A stretch of 64,000 nucleotides of DNA from positions 1 to 64,000 of the forward strand of contig CBFFRQ010000090.1 of NCBI GenBank assembly GCA_965644315.1. The letters run 5' to 3'. The notes beneath the pieces were generated by a model. The model was not told the origin of the DNA. It ran no database searches and saw nothing but the letters and a program-made list of their open reading frames with translations. The stretch is from Caecitellus pseudoparvulus (taxonomy: Eukaryota; Protista; Bigyra: Bicosoecida). Position 1 is the stretch's first letter, and each line of letters starts with the position of its first letter. This document shows, in pieces, positions 1 through 10,800 of this stretch. The position numbers and the translations under genes were made by a program.

Positions 1-22
1 GTCCCATTGAGTGGTTAGGAGG
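1..22 (+). repeat. partial left terminal inverted repeat (outer ~6-7 nt lie before base 1)
   Basis: GTCCCATTGAG-n6-GGAGG versus right-end reverse complement GTCTCATTGAG-n6-GGAGG. Confidence 0.55.
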
Positions 23-615
23 GGTTCGTTTTTGAGCTTGTCAGGAGGGCATGTTGGCGATAGTTGTATGTGATAATGTACTGAGTATAAAATAACGAAT
101 GCATACATTATTTTTGTCAGAGTGTGCTTGAAAGGTTGGGTCTGTGATGCAAACTGGATGCGGAATTTGCTTGCCCACGTTTGTAAAAGGAGGCTGCTGT
201 CTTATGTTCCAGTCTACTTGCGCGTATTCGTACACTTTCGTGATCCAATGCAAATTTTTATGAAGTGTGGGCCGAATTTCGAGGAATCGGGCCGTTTTGG
301 TGATCACCCTCTTTCGATTCGGGTGAGTTGTCTGTCGATTACGAACAGAGGGCCTGCGTCGTCATCGAGGTGCTCACAAACCCGCATTCGACACCGGCGC
401 AACCAGCACTCCAGCCCCCATGTGTCTTTCACAGTGTCGAACTACCGATCAAACGATCAGCGTCCCAGGGTTGCAATTCACAATTTTCACCTCGAAGGCT
501 TGCACTTCCCGCAAGGCGAGTTTCGCGGAAATCGAAATGAGTCTTGGTTGAGACAGGCCGAACAAGGCACTGTGAGAAAAGACTCCCCGTATTGTCTTGC
601 ACAGATCATACAACC

Positions 616-2349
616 ATGTCTGGCATGCAATTCCTGGTTTCCTTTTTACTGTTGCGCCGGCGGCAGCATGTCCGTAGGTTGCAAGCGCTCCAAGCACTTA
701 TTGCCACAGAAGCAGCACTGTTGCTGGCAGTGGTAGCAATGGCCGATGAAGATGGACACGAGCAGGCCGTGCCACTACCGTGCTTCGATGAAGACTGTGC
801 TCTGGAGGAGGGCGTGAGGGCCAGCGCACGTGGCCGCACCAATCCTCTTGCAGGTTTGGCATCCGGTGTGAGGACGTGGGTGGCACGGCAACATGGAGTG
901 CCTCTCGAAGAGCACGAGGTTTGCACAACCCCACATACGGTGTTGCAGTATACTATGAAGCAGTTGTGCTCTGTTGGTGTGAACACTATTTTAGCTCTAT
1001 CGGTGTGGTTCATGAAATCTTCTGCACCAAAACTCTGGTACAGGTGGGTCATGCATTCGATCCTACCCGTGGAAGTAGAGGCCCACGCTGTGGAGCTTGC
1101 AGGTGATGAACCTGCAGAGGAACCAGACTCACAAGAGCACAGGACCTGGCAGAGACAGCTTCGGCGCCACAGGGAAGACTGTCTGCACGAGCACTGCAGT
1201 CGCCTTGGGGCATGCGAGCGTCCCATGGTGCAGCAACAGCCATCAGTGGCAGACTGGTGGGGTGCTGTGGACTCATCATTCTGCGGCCAAGGATGCACTT
1301 TCAGTTGGCTGGAGGCTTGTTGCCTTGGAGTGCATTATATGTGCAAGGGTTTCAACATGAGAGCTGGACAAGAAGCGTTCACTGGGGCATCGAAGTCCAC
1401 ATGCAGTCGAATCCTAAAGGTTTTCTTGCGGTCTATCTCATCCAGCATGTTTGAACAGCAGGTGTACATGCCAGCACCAGATTCTGGGGAGTGGATGGAG
1501 AGTGTACGATTGAACTTTGCCCTGTCAGGCATGCAGCTGCCGTGCGTAGCAGGCAGCGTGGATGATACACATGTGCGTGCTTACATCAGTGAAGATAGTG
1601 GAAAGGGCGTATACATAAACAAGGATGGCGTGGCTTCGGTTAGTGCCCAGTGCATGGTAAGTGGCCACGGACTCTTCTGGCAAGCAGACATTGGGTATGC
1701 TGGTGCCGAAAGCGATCGGGGGAAGCTCATAAGGTCTCCCATGTTTGCGGCAATGGTCGGGAACCCAAGCTTACGTCCTTGTCCACTCCCATATACATTG
1801 GCAGCAGACTCGGGATTTCGTCCGGGGTACACATTCTTACTTCTTCCGTTCGACCAGCGGGACACTGATGTGGTGCAGCCGAATCATTTGGTGACAATTT
1901 TCCACGATGCACTTTTGCACATTCGAGTTAAGGTAGAATGTGCATTTGGAGAGCTCAAGAACAGGTTCCGCATCTTGAACAACACTGCGAATGGAAACCT
2001 TGGGCCAGCAGCAGTTGCACTGCGTCTACGTGTAGCTGTAGCACTGCATAACTTTGTACTGCGAGCTCTGCCATTGCGGGCATCTGTGTGGCATGCCCTT
2101 GATGTGACAGCGCCGGGGACTGTCTGGGGTGACCTGCTGGAAGAAGCAACGGCAAAGGTGGTAGAGGACTTGCTTGAGGCGCAGCCCCCTTCATGGAGTA
2201 TGCCGAGTGCCATGGGATGGAAGACGCAAGTGCTGGAGCTGGCGCTTGGCCAGCTTCCACCCACACCATCTTCAAGTATGCTGGGGTTCAGTATCGCTCC
2301 ATCATGGTGGGCACTGCCCAGTGGTGCCGCGAGAGAGTTGAAGAGCTAG
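616..2349 (+). CDS. Harbinger/PIF (HARBI1-like, DDE_Tnp_4) transposase
   Basis: Motifs AGSVDDTHV (GAIDGTHI-like), GAESD (GSxHD-like), LAADSGF (LLGDSGY-like), RVKVECAFGELKNRFRIL and ALHNF. All three DDE residues are present. First in-frame ATG is at 616. Confidence 0.9.
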   Translation: MSGMQFLVSFLLLRRRQHVRRLQALQALIATEAALLLAVVAMADEDGHEQAVPLPCFDEDCALEEGVRASARGRTNPLAGLASGVRTWVARQHGVPLEEHEVCTTPHTVLQYTMKQLCSVGVNTILALSVWFMKSSAPKLWYRWVMHSILPVEVEAHAVELAGDEPAEEPDSQEHRTWQRQLRRHREDCLHEHCSRLGACERPMVQQQPSVADWWGAVDSSFCGQGCTFSWLEACCLGVHYMCKGFNMRAGQEAFTGASKSTCSRILKVFLRSISSSMFEQQVYMPAPDSGEWMESVRLNFALSGMQLPCVAGSVDDTHVRAYISEDSGKGVYINKDGVASVSAQCMVSGHGLFWQADIGYAGAESDRGKLIRSPMFAAMVGNPSLRPCPLPYTLAADSGFRPGYTFLLLPFDQRDTDVVQPNHLVTIFHDALLHIRVKVECAFGELKNRFRILNNTANGNLGPAAVALRLRVAVALHNFVLRALPLRASVWHALDVTAPGTVWGDLLEEATAKVVEDLLEAQPPSWSMPSAMGWKTQVLELALGQLPPTPSSSMLGFSIAPSWWALPSGAARELKS

Positions 2350-2464
2350 CCCTTCTGCACCTGCAAGCACCTGAACAGCCTGGGGCTGCCGGCGAAGGTG
2401 ATGAAGGGAGTGACTGGGAAGGTGACTCTGTTGGCAGTCAATAATGCAGTGTGTTGTCTCATGT

Positions 2465-4685
2465 TCATGACTGCATGGGTTGCCCAGCAACACTACGCTT
2501 CTTCAGGGCTGTAACCATTTGAAGTCGGGCGCGTGCGACCTTCAGCTCCTTGTCTGCGTCTGACAGCGGGTGCGGTGGCATGCCACGCAAGGTTGGAGGC
2601 ACACTTCCGCTGTGCAGCTGCTCCAAAACAGTCTGAACCTGCTCTTGCATGCTAAGGTCACCGTCAATGATGCTTAGGTCCAACCACCCCTGCACTCTTG
2701 TAATTACACCTGATATCGCTGCATCTACCGCACGCTCACTATGTGCGGCAGCAGCACCTGGTGCAGGCACCGAAAGCGAAGGTGCGGGCTGCTGCACTTG
2801 CAAGGACTGCTGGAAAAACTGAAGAAGTGAGGCGTCCTGTTGTGCTTGTCGTTCCCGTGCTGCCTCTTCAGCAACCTGTCGTTTCTCCAGCGAATCTGCC
2901 AAACGGGCAACGATGTCACGCATGCCTGCGGCTGGTGGTGACGTGCCAGACCCCAGGCGACCTCCATCCAGGGCTCCAGTTGCTTTTGCAACAGCAGCAA
3001 CACGGCTTCCCGTGCTCGTTCCACTCCCCGCACCTGATAGGTACTCTCCGCCCTGTCGCGGACTTTCAGTGGGCAACGCAGCGGGCCTGCCACTCGCCAA
3101 CAGCGAGGCTACTGTGTGTGATCCTTCAGATCTAGCCTCTGCAAATATCCCGTTGGTGATGTTGCGAGGCACTGAAGACATCGTTGCCTTTGGCCTGGCT
3201 TTGCCTTGGCACACGCTTGCATAATTCATCAGCTCGCCCGGAAGCAGTCCACCGTTCAGGGGTGGATAGCGCAAGTCATCAGTTGGTCCCACAGGCAACC
3301 ACATTTCCTTGTTCGTTACGCTACACCGCAGGCGCTGGAAGCGCAAGCGCGCAGCGGCGCTTGCGTTTCGTGCCCTGCTCCACCCCACCTTCGTGATGTC
3401 CCAACGTGTGTACTTCTTTCCATTTAAATCAAGAGAGGGAGCACCAGGGTGGCTAGGGGCTGTGGGTTCGCTTGCCCCCCCGCTTCCCGTCCTTCTGCCC
3501 TCAGACCCGTTGATGATGTCAACCTGTTTCTTCAACGTTTCGAGGCTGGCCCAAGTACCTGAAGCTGGAACCAGAGCCTCACGAAGGAGGCTTGAAACCA
3601 GGACCAAGCCTGACCACGACAGGAAGGCTTCTTGGGAATCACTACCTGGTGTTGAAACCAACACCATGTACTTTGAGTCGTCTCGCTCCGGCCATGGCCT
3701 TCCTAGCATGTTCGTGTCATGCTCCTCGAAGGCAGTGAGCAGCAACGGCAAGAATTTGTGAGCTAGGCTCTTGCCCACAATGCCACTTCGCATCTTGTTG
3801 CTCCCTTGTGTGGCAAAAGTCCGGAACAGGCTTCTGTCAGAGCCTTCCGGGCATGGCTCACCCGACGAGACAACACGACCCCCAAGAGATGAGTAGTCAA
3901 TGGTACCCTCACGAACACCCAGACGAACGATAGCTCCAGACATTCTCCATGCACTTGCTTTGTTTCCAAAGGCAGCCCAGGTCGACGACGGCATCAAGGT
4001 GGCGAACTCCTTCTTGTCAGGGTGCGTCTGCACCCCATTCTTGGACGGTGTTTGCAACAGAGCTCGATCAGTAGAGGCCCACGGAATTGGGCTCGCTGAG
4101 TCGAGACGCATCAACGCACGGGCAGGGGAAGTGGCAGCTGGTGTCGCGCCGACGGCACCAGCAGCACTCCGTGGTGGGGAAGGGCTGCCAGCTGTCCAGG
4201 ACACACCACCACTCTCCAAGTCAGGACTTGAACTGTCACTCTTGCCCTCATCACCACTCATGTCAACGACCTCGTCTGCGGGCAGAGTCAGGAAGGCGTG
4301 TTTGCGAGAAGCGTTTCGGAGTTTCACACAGCGGAAATGAAAACGAACCGAAAGCTTCCAGTTGTTCCTTAGCGTTTGTCTTCATCCTCCTGGCAATGCT
4401 TGCTGTAAGGGCAGCAATCCGGACTGGTCTGGTAGGCGTTGCGATGGCGGGTGATTCTTGCGCAGCGAGTTCGCTTCCTGGAGGCGTTGCAGGCAGCTCA
4501 AACACCCGTCCTGCTGCCCCGAGCCTCGCGCCCGTCCGCAGTCGGGAAGTCGGTGCGTTACCTTGAAGGAACTGTCGGACCAGTGCATGTGTGTCCGCTT
4601 GCGAGCCTTCAACTGCGGTTCTTTTGCCACTCGTCGGCGCATCTGCCTGAACGCGTGCATTCCGGGGGCGCTTGCGGCCAGACAT
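2465..4685 (-). CDS. Harbinger accessory (ORF2) protein, ~715 aa, 2 exons (4349-4685, 2465-4275)
   Basis: A GTTCGT...CTGAC...CCCGCAG intron at 4276-4348 joins the 140-aa and 620-aa ORFs in frame (EAF-D-EVVDMSG). N-terminal NLS-like GRKRPR, C-terminal coiled coil. Position matches the Myb/SANT-like partner of Harbingers, but no clear Myb motif is visible. Confidence 0.7.
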
Positions 4686-4976
4686 GGCAGCAAATCATTC
4701 CAAGAGTATGCTCACAACTTACTGTGAATAGTTTAAAAGTAGAGTTTGATATCCATATCTGCACTGCTCGCCATGGTACACAAACCACTGCCAGCAAGTG
4801 GCAAATTCCGCATGCTAATAGGCTCGATAAACAACGCTCTGTTGCACACGACAGAGCGGCCGTTCAAGTCTAACATCCTCTGTTAGTGTCAAGGTGACAA
4901 AACATGCTGCCTGCAGCACTTTTCCGTGAACTTCAAAAAATGCATTCTCGTTTCACAGATTTTCTCGATTCAGAGG

Positions 4977-5004
4977 CCTCCGCTGGCCTCAATGAGACAC
5001 GGCC
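4977..5004 (-). repeat. right terminal inverted repeat (GGCCGTGTCTCATTGAG... on minus strand)
   Basis: Inverted match to the window start, at the point where composition returns to host-like high GC. Confidence 0.55.
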
Positions 5005-5388
5005 CTGCAAGCAGCAGCGCAGGTGATCAGCCCAGTCCCATCTCGGCGGCAGCTGTGTTGCGTGGAAGATCTGGGGCAGCAGCGGCGAGTGGCATGCAGC
5101 GGGTGAGGAGTGCAGCGTACCAGGCACGACACAGGCGTGAGAGACTGGGCGCACATTGCTGCTTTGCATTCCAACTGCTGCGCTGCAGCCTGCCTCGTTG
5201 GTGCACCCTGGGTCGGCAGGACTGCACGCTGAGAGCCCTCACCATGTCAGGGTTGCAGACCTTGAGCCATCAATGCTGCACCACACTGACTCGTGGGTGG
5301 GCCGCTCAAGCACACCTCCCATGGGACTCTGCAACTTCAGCGAGGCACGGGCAATGGGCAACTCAGCATTGCTCGCTGTCGTCTGCAT

Positions 5389-7050
5389 TCACGCCACAGT
5401 GTCAGGGTGCACAGCTGCGCACATGTACTTGCGGTACGCTTGCAGGCTGCCCAGGCTCAGACCACGAGGGTGGGGGACAAGCCATCCAGCATCTAAGGCG
5501 GTGTTGACGCACTGCTGAGTGGCAAGGGATGGTGCCAGGTGAGCGGCGCTGCCACCCGCTGCGGCTGCAGCCTGTTGCGGTGTCTGACGGGCGACGCACG
5601 CTTCCAGGGACCATATGAACGCTCTCTCGGTCACGGTGTACCCCCCAGAGTGGAAGGTGAGCAGGGTGTCCTTGGCCAGCTGTTCTTGCTTGTCGTCAGG
5701 CAGGATCTCCAGAACGGCACCCATCACCAGGTTGAGCGTGGATGCACTCTGACCAGAGAAACCTTTGCCTGCAGTTGCCTTAGAAAGTGGCCATGCCCCC
5801 GGAGTCTGACATGCTTGGACAAGCTTGGGCGCCGCGTTGGCGAGGTCTTGGGGTGTTTGCCCATACTGCTCCATGATGTGCACCAGGAAAGCGTCCAGCT
5901 TCTGTTCAGGGCTTGCATCAGCATCCCCCTTCCAGCCCCCCAGGCACAGCTTATCGAGCCTCCTGGCCACCCGAAGCGCCTCCTCTGACGGCTGCTGGTG
6001 AAGGTGGCGCTGGAAGAGGGAGAATGAGCTGTCCACTTCCCTGCACATGTGTGTGAGGAGGAAGGCCCCGAGAGACGTGCGGCTCCAGGCAGGCCCCCCC
6101 AGAGGAACGTGCTCGATCAAGGCCTCATCCCATTTCTGTCGAAGCTCGTGATGCGTGAAGCGGGACGGAAAGTCATGAGGATCTCCATCGTACAGGAACA
6201 GTTGGCTGGCACGCTGGAAGGCTGTGCACAGGACCACGCCAACAGCAGGGTTCTTCAGCGACAGTAGCCACCGCAGCTGAGCACACCACAGGTCTGCACA
6301 TTCCCGTGTGAAGTGCTTGCCCTGAAACAGGCAGTCGGCGTCGTCAATAAGCACAATGACGGCGATGTTGGCTTCTCTCAACACGGCGTAGGCCAGGCCC
6401 AGGTGACCCCTCGTGCCAGCGCCAGTCAGAGCTGCACACACCCGACGCGACAGCTCTGCGGAGGCAGCACTACCGGCACCGCCCTCTGACGATACCATGG
6501 CGAGCAGGTGCTCCACATCAACCGTCTCACGAGGTTCGCCATGTGCAGAGCTGGCCAGCAGCCCCAGCACCCTCGTGACAGACTCACACCCTTTCAGCTC
6601 TGAGAGCTTTCTTGAGATCGACCCGAGCAACCATTCATAAAAGCTCTCTGTGTCAGAAGGCTCACGTGCCCCAAGGTCGATGCTGCAGCACAGGGTGAGC
6701 CCGTCGCCTCCCGCTCTGGCGTTCCTCACAGCTGCCTGCCTGGCATATGCCTCCTGCAGGTGGGTCTTCCCAACGCCCCTGGGGCCTGTCAGAAGGCAGG
6801 CTTTTAACGCTGCAGGCCGAATGTGCAGGACCCGCGCCATATCCGTCAGTGTTTCGAGGGCCGGCAGCAGATGATCTATGGGCACGAAGGGGTGGCTGGT
6901 ATCGGCTGCCATGCCAGCCAACCAGGCTTTGTCCTCCTTGGACATGGCTTGATGAGTGCACAGGGGCTGCGTACCAGCACACATCTTCTCAAAGGGACCA
7001 GGCTGTTGTGTGCCACGCAGGGGGCGCGCGAGAGCCGCTGCTTGTCCCAT
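5389..7050 (-). CDS. P-loop NTPase, STAND/AAA_16-like
   Basis: Walker A LLTGPRGVGKT, Walker B VIVLIDDAD, following strand VGVVLCTA, GxP-like YGQTP, and a winged-helix-like C-terminus (ALDAGWL). Intronless; begins MGQAAA. Confidence 0.7.
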   Translation of the reverse strand: MGQAAALARPLRGTQQPGPFEKMCAGTQPLCTHQAMSKEDKAWLAGMAADTSHPFVPIDHLLPALETLTDMARVLHIRPAALKACLLTGPRGVGKTHLQEAYARQAAVRNARAGGDGLTLCCSIDLGAREPSDTESFYEWLLGSISRKLSELKGCESVTRVLGLLASSAHGEPRETVDVEHLLAMVSSEGGAGSAASAELSRRVCAALTGAGTRGHLGLAYAVLREANIAVIVLIDDADCLFQGKHFTRECADLWCAQLRWLLSLKNPAVGVVLCTAFQRASQLFLYDGDPHDFPSRFTHHELRQKWDEALIEHVPLGGPAWSRTSLGAFLLTHMCREVDSSFSLFQRHLHQQPSEEALRVARRLDKLCLGGWKGDADASPEQKLDAFLVHIMEQYGQTPQDLANAAPKLVQACQTPGAWPLSKATAGKGFSGQSASTLNLVMGAVLEILPDDKQEQLAKDTLLTFHSGGYTVTERAFIWSLEACVARQTPQQAAAAAGGSAAHLAPSLATQQCVNTALDAGWLVPHPRGLSLGSLQAYRKYMCAAVHPDTVA

Positions 7051-7844
7051 GGCTGTGAGTCAACGCGGAAGGTCGTGCTCGTACCGTTTGAGCGGCAACG
7101 CAGGCACGAGCGCCCGCGAGCAGCGCCACGCTATGCCACGAGGTTGCACTTACTCTTGACTTTGAGCGTCGAAATGGACGTCTGACGGTGTAGTCAAGAG
7201 GAATGATCACAGGTACGCCAGACAGGGCGCAGGTGGCGGGGCCTGCGGAAATTGAGCAGCCACCAAGTCACACCGCACACACGCGATGTGCGCAGCCACA
7301 GGGCTATACAGTCGCAGGCAAAAGGTGAGAAAGGGTATGTTGGCACAGGCAGAGTGCACATAGTTGTCCGTGAGCAGGTGCACGGCATGTGGAATGTGGA
7401 AGGGTACGGAGTGGTTCTTGTGGGGGGTGAGTGAGGCTGAAGAGGGGGTGACCGAGCAGCGGGGCCAGCGGGCCAGGCCACCGCGGCAAGCGGCGGCGGG
7501 CTGCGAGGCACAGGAGTGCAAAAGAAACAATACATCACTCTAACCGTGACGCTGCATCTACTTGCTCATGACAGTTTGCTGTGACTGCGAGCCCTCGCCA
7601 GCCAAACCGTTGCAGCGAGCAGCGTGCGGCAGCGGCGCAGTGCAAGCTGATGTGTGCAGGGGGCAGGAGTCATTAGCAGGCACAGACTCCGTCAAGTTTT
7701 TCCTGGCCACACTCCAAGTTCAGGACACACGAAGTGGCAGCCCTCTACATCGGGCATTTGACACAGCTGGTGCACGCGGGCGGGCAGGTGTCTGGCCGCG
7801 CGCGATCTTGACTGTTCAATTTCCGCAGCGAGCCCCCCACCGCT

Positions 7845-10800
7845 ATGGCAGACAGCGTCGGCCTGGCGCTGGCAGCGCTGATGCTGAACAATGCCCCCGT
7901 GACGACAGAGCACTCCGCGCCGCGTTTCGGGTGGGAGGAGCTGCTGCAGCGCATCGCCGATGAGCTGCACATCCTGGAGGATGGGGAGCCCTTCCTGACG
8001 CCCATTTTTGAGCTGTACGCGAGCCTGCACGACCCGCTGGACGTGGACTTCATGTCCTGCTACGGCTGGCGCAAGCTGTGCCTGGACTCGGTGGGCACGG
8101 CGCACGTGGGCGGGGACAGGGCCAAGGCCGGCGCCATGGCAGACCTGATCTTCCGTGAGATGGCGCAGGACCGCGTGGCAGCGGCGCGGGAGGTGCGCCT
8201 CATCTTCCCCACCTTCCTCCTGGCCCTGGCACGCCTGGGCATGTCGGAGTTGCTGGGGGTTCCCACCAGCGGCAGCCTCACCAGCCGCACCGACTACACG
8301 CCGGCGGACGTGGAGGCCGCCGTGCAACGCATCACAGAGGCCCTGCGAAACGCACGACGCGCGCCCGAGCAGGGCGACGCGGGCGCCCTGCTCACCGCCG
8401 ACGTCGTCAAGGTGTTGCGGCGGGAGCAGCAGATGCTGCAGCGCATCTTCTTCTATTCCTGCGACCGGTCCACCTGCACGCTGTCCTGGGCGGAGGTGTG
8501 CGGCATGGCCAAGGACTTCCACCTGGTGCCGGGGCTGCTGTCCAAGGTGGCGCTGTTCGGCATGTTCCGCGCCATCTCCCCCGAGCGCCACCCCCTCACA
8601 TTCCCCGGCTACATCGAGCTGCTGGGGCGGGTGGCACTGGCCGGCTTCGCAGTGGGCGGGTTGGCAGACCGCTTCCCCGCCCCAGGGGACAAGGTGCGGG
8701 GGTTGCTGGACCGCATCCGCGCCGCGCCGCGCCTTGCGGAATTTGAAGCGGAGGAAGACGCCCGTGGCGGCTCGGCGGGCGCGTCCATGATGACGCCGCA
8801 GCAGCTGGCGGGCATCCGGGTGGAGCGGCGGTCGGCGGCGCTGGGGAACATCCTCCCGGACCTGGCGGAGGAGGTGGATGTGGAGGGCATTGTGGCGCGG
8901 CGCCACAGCACGGTGGGCGCCCTGGCGCGGTCCGCGGGTGGTGCGTCCCGAGGGGCACCCTCTGTGCCCCGCACGCCCTCTGGCCACGCAGATTCCCTGC
9001 CCTCCTTCACATCCTCCCTGCCTGCGGTGCGGGAGGCGAGTTGGGAGGAGGGGGGGGGTGGGCGGCGGTCGCCGCCCCCCCCCTCCGCCGCCGCCCCCGC
9101 TGAGTCACACGAGCAGAGTGCAGACTCCGGGGTGGGGGCGCCGTCTGCGTTGCGGGCCATGGGCGCACTTGCGGGGGGTGGGCCCATCACCATCTCCATG
9201 GCCCAGGCAGTGGACCCGGCCGTGTCCCTGCCCCAGGCGACGCCTGTGTCCCCGGGAGGTGAGGGCGGGGGCGCCACCTCCCCGCCGCCCACCCTCACCA
9301 CGAACACGCCAGGGGCAGGGCGCGCCAGTGGAACAAGTGTTCCGACCCCCACCCGCATTGACGCCACACCTGACCGCCCCCCGACGGTGGTGACGTCAGT
9401 GAGCGAGCCCCCCCCCGGTGGCCGCCGGGAGGGGGGGGTCGGCGAGGACCCCGACACGGGCGGACCCCGCCGTCGCGGCATCTCCTTCACCCCCAGCACC
9501 AAGCCCATGACCGTGGCTGAGTTGCTGGCGGCGGATGAGGAGGGGGGTGGCGGCGGCATCGGCGGCGCCGACCTGACCTTCAACGCAGCAGGCACGGTGA
9601 CTGTGTCCAGGACACGCGGCGCGGGGCGGCGGCTGTTCAGCAGCGGCGCCTCTGTTCTGGATGGCGCCAAGAGTGTTCGGTCTGGGGCGTCGGCAGGGTC
9701 CCGTCGCACGGGGCGCAGTCTGGGCGCTTCCACCACCGGCGGCATCGTGTGGACGAAGCGGTACAAAAAGGGGGGGGAGGGGGATGCGGGGTCCGTGGGG
9801 GGGGGGGTCTTCTGTGGGGGGATGGGGGGGGGGGGACACCGCCCCCTCCACCCCCGCCGCCCTGCCTGCCTGGGCCACCCCCACCGACCGCACCCTGTCC
9901 CGTTCCGACACACGCCTGCTCGCTGCAGCGGTGAAGGGCGCCACGGCCATGGCGGGGGCAGGGGCGGACACCAGCAGTGACGAGGTGCGACGCAGTTGGC
10001 AGAACCAGTGGGCGCCGCCGGACATCGGGGAGCGGCACGCAGCAGCACTGTTGCGCAAGGCGGCGATAGCTGAGAACACGGAGGCGGAACACTCCCGCCG
10101 CGCTGCTGCGTTCAAGAAGTCGCGGCGGCGCGCGGCGGAGCGGGAGGGGGGTGCGGGGGGGGGTGAGGGCGCCATGGGCACCCCTGGCGCCCTGGCAGCT
10201 GCTGTACGCCCCACACTGGAAGGGGTGAAGCCGGGCCACGCGCCCAGCGTGTCAGAGGACATCCTGCAGGGGCTGAAGGGGGAGCTGCGGGGGGAGCTGG
10301 GCGGTGCGGTGCGGCCGGTGTTCTCGTTCTACGTGCGGCTGAACAGCAAGAGCACGCAGTACATCACGTACTCCCAGTTCGCGGGGCTGCTGCGGGACAT
10401 CGGCGTGTTCGACGACTACATCACGCCATCTGCAGTGCACTTGCAGCTGCTGGCCACGACGGCGGCACGGGCATCCCCCGCCGCCCGCCGGGGGGAGTTC
10501 GCCCGCACCGTGCGACTGGCCATGGCGTTCCGGCGGCGGAACCGCCTCATCCGCTCAGCCAGTGCCGAGGCGGGGACGGAGGGGGGGGATGCCGCCCCCA
10601 CCCCCTCTCTCGGCACCCCCGCTGTGCGAGAGGAGTATGGCGCCCTGTCCCCTGCAAACTTGGCAGAGCACGATTTGGGGGGGGGAGGGGGGGGTCGCGC
10701 ACCCCCCCTTTCCGCGGACACTACCCCTCGCGCCGCCGCCCCGCCGGCATCCAGCATCACCAGCACATCAACTGGCGTCGCGGCGGCGTTGCGGGGACAG

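Larger units (their letters stand above)
1..5004. mobile_element. PIF/Harbinger-superfamily DNA transposon, two convergent ORFs, left end truncated by the window edge
   Basis: DDE_Tnp_4-type transposase (+) and a convergent second gene (-). Composition is visibly less GC-rich than the rest of the window. Bases 1-11 GTCCCATTGAG match the reverse complement of 4988-4998 (GTCTCATTGAG, 10/11), and GGAGG recurs at the same offset. The right end reads ...GAGACACGGCC followed by CTG. Confidence 0.8.

Noticed and set aside
289-300. GGGCCGTTTTGG as the left TIR of the Harbinger element
   Set aside because: It matches the right end for only 7 nt. Bases 1-22 give a longer in-register match, and element-like composition continues to base 1.
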